Shown in pieces: positions 63,284-64,000 of a stretch of 64,000 nt of DNA. Both the position numbers and the translations under genes were made by a program. Source of the DNA: Podarcis erhardii (lineage: Eukaryota). Location of the stretch: assembly GCA_964252035.1 (NCBI GenBank), contig OZ176204.1. One strand, written 5' to 3'. Each line of letters starts with the position of its first letter. Within the stretch, counting starts at the first letter, position 1. The notes under the pieces were generated by a model that worked only from the letters and a program-made list of their open reading frames with translations, did no database searches and had not been told where the DNA came from.

Positions 63284-63501
63284 CAGTGGTACCTCGGGTT
63301 GAGAGCTTAATTTGTTCTGGAGGTTCGTTCTTAACCTGAAACTGTTCTTAACCTGAGGTACCACTTTAGCTAATGGGGCCTCCTGCTGCTGCAGCGCCAC
63401 AATTTCTGTTCTCATCCTGAAGCAAAGTTCTTAACCTGAGGTACTAATTCTGGGTTAGCGGAGTCTGTAACCTGAAGCGTATGTAACCCGAGGTACCACT
63501 G
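63284..63501 (-). mobile_element. pogo/Tigger-like MITE, family A, inverted relative to the 29094 and 47991 copies
   Basis: Reverse complement aligns along its whole length to 47991-48216. Left TA intact, right TT. Confidence 0.92.
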
Positions 63502-63606
63502 TTTTTTCATTTTAAAATATCTAAGGATACTCCCCTGTAAAAATTTAGCCAATCCATCCCAAAATAACCCTTACAAGTTCATTGCTATTGATGCCCCCAA
63601 TAAAAT

Positions 63607-63630
63607 TCTCTCTCTCTCTCTCTCTCTCTC
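63607..63630. repeat. (TC)12 microsatellite
   Basis: Direct reading. Confidence 0.95.
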
Positions 63631-63929
63631 TGTGCAAATCACAGAAGGAAGAAGCAGGAGCTGCAGAAAAGCCACAAGGGACTTTCTTACTAAACCTGGC
63701 AAATAATACATTCCATTTCTTTAATCTTTGGTCAGGAAGAGGGAGGACCTTCATTCTCTCTATACAAGATTGATAGCGATGGATTCTGGTCTGGGGAAGA
63801 ATCTGCCCACTTGTCTCCCCAAGGAGCTGAAGAAGAAATTTATTAGTCTACATTTATTTATTTCTCTTAGTCACTTACTACAAAAGGCCTGGAAGCAACT
63901 ATTGTTTTAATATTGTGTTATCTACCTTG

Positions 63930-64000
63930 CACTTATTTATTTTATTTCTATAGTGCCCTTCATAAGGATCACGAGCTGGTTTACAATATAAAAACCACAA
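63930..64000 (-). mobile_element. L2-like 3' terminus cut by the window edge
   Basis: ttatttattttatttctatagtgcccttcat...gagctggtttacaatataaaaa is a typical reversed L2 end. Confidence 0.5.

Overview
Vertebrate genomic DNA, AT-rich and CpG-poor. The repeat content (Squam3-type SINE, BovB, L2, CR1, L1, pogo/Tigger-like and hAT MITEs) points to a squamate, probably a lacertid lizard (inference). The window holds the 5' half of one gene on the minus strand, MICU1 (mitochondrial calcium uptake 1). Five constitutive coding exons were assembled by hand, all with GT-AG boundaries and matching phases: 49545-49705, 32791-32977, 26855-27017, 20017-20060 and 3789-3903. The spliced product is [185 protein letters not shown][DFWQ][38 protein letters not shown]. 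Non-coding exon 1 and exons 7 onward were not found and probably lie outside the window. The most interesting signals are in splicing. (1) A 12-nt micro-exon at 16323-16334 encodes DFWQ, matching the mammalian muscle MICU1.1 EFWQ micro-exon. (2) A look-alike of it lies exactly 240 nt upstream and could be a stop-containing poison exon, a recursive splice site or a decoy donor. (3) Inverted transposon pairs bracket exon blocks whose lengths are multiples of three (exons 4+5; exon 2), which suggests circRNA or in-frame skipping. The rest is intron with about 40 transposon remnants and microsatellites. I found no prokaryotic features, CRISPR arrays, rRNA or intact tRNA genes. Most ORFs in the supplied track are spurious. 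Repeat family names come from memory of consensus sequences and need RepeatMasker/Dfam confirmation. Exon numbers follow the human gene.
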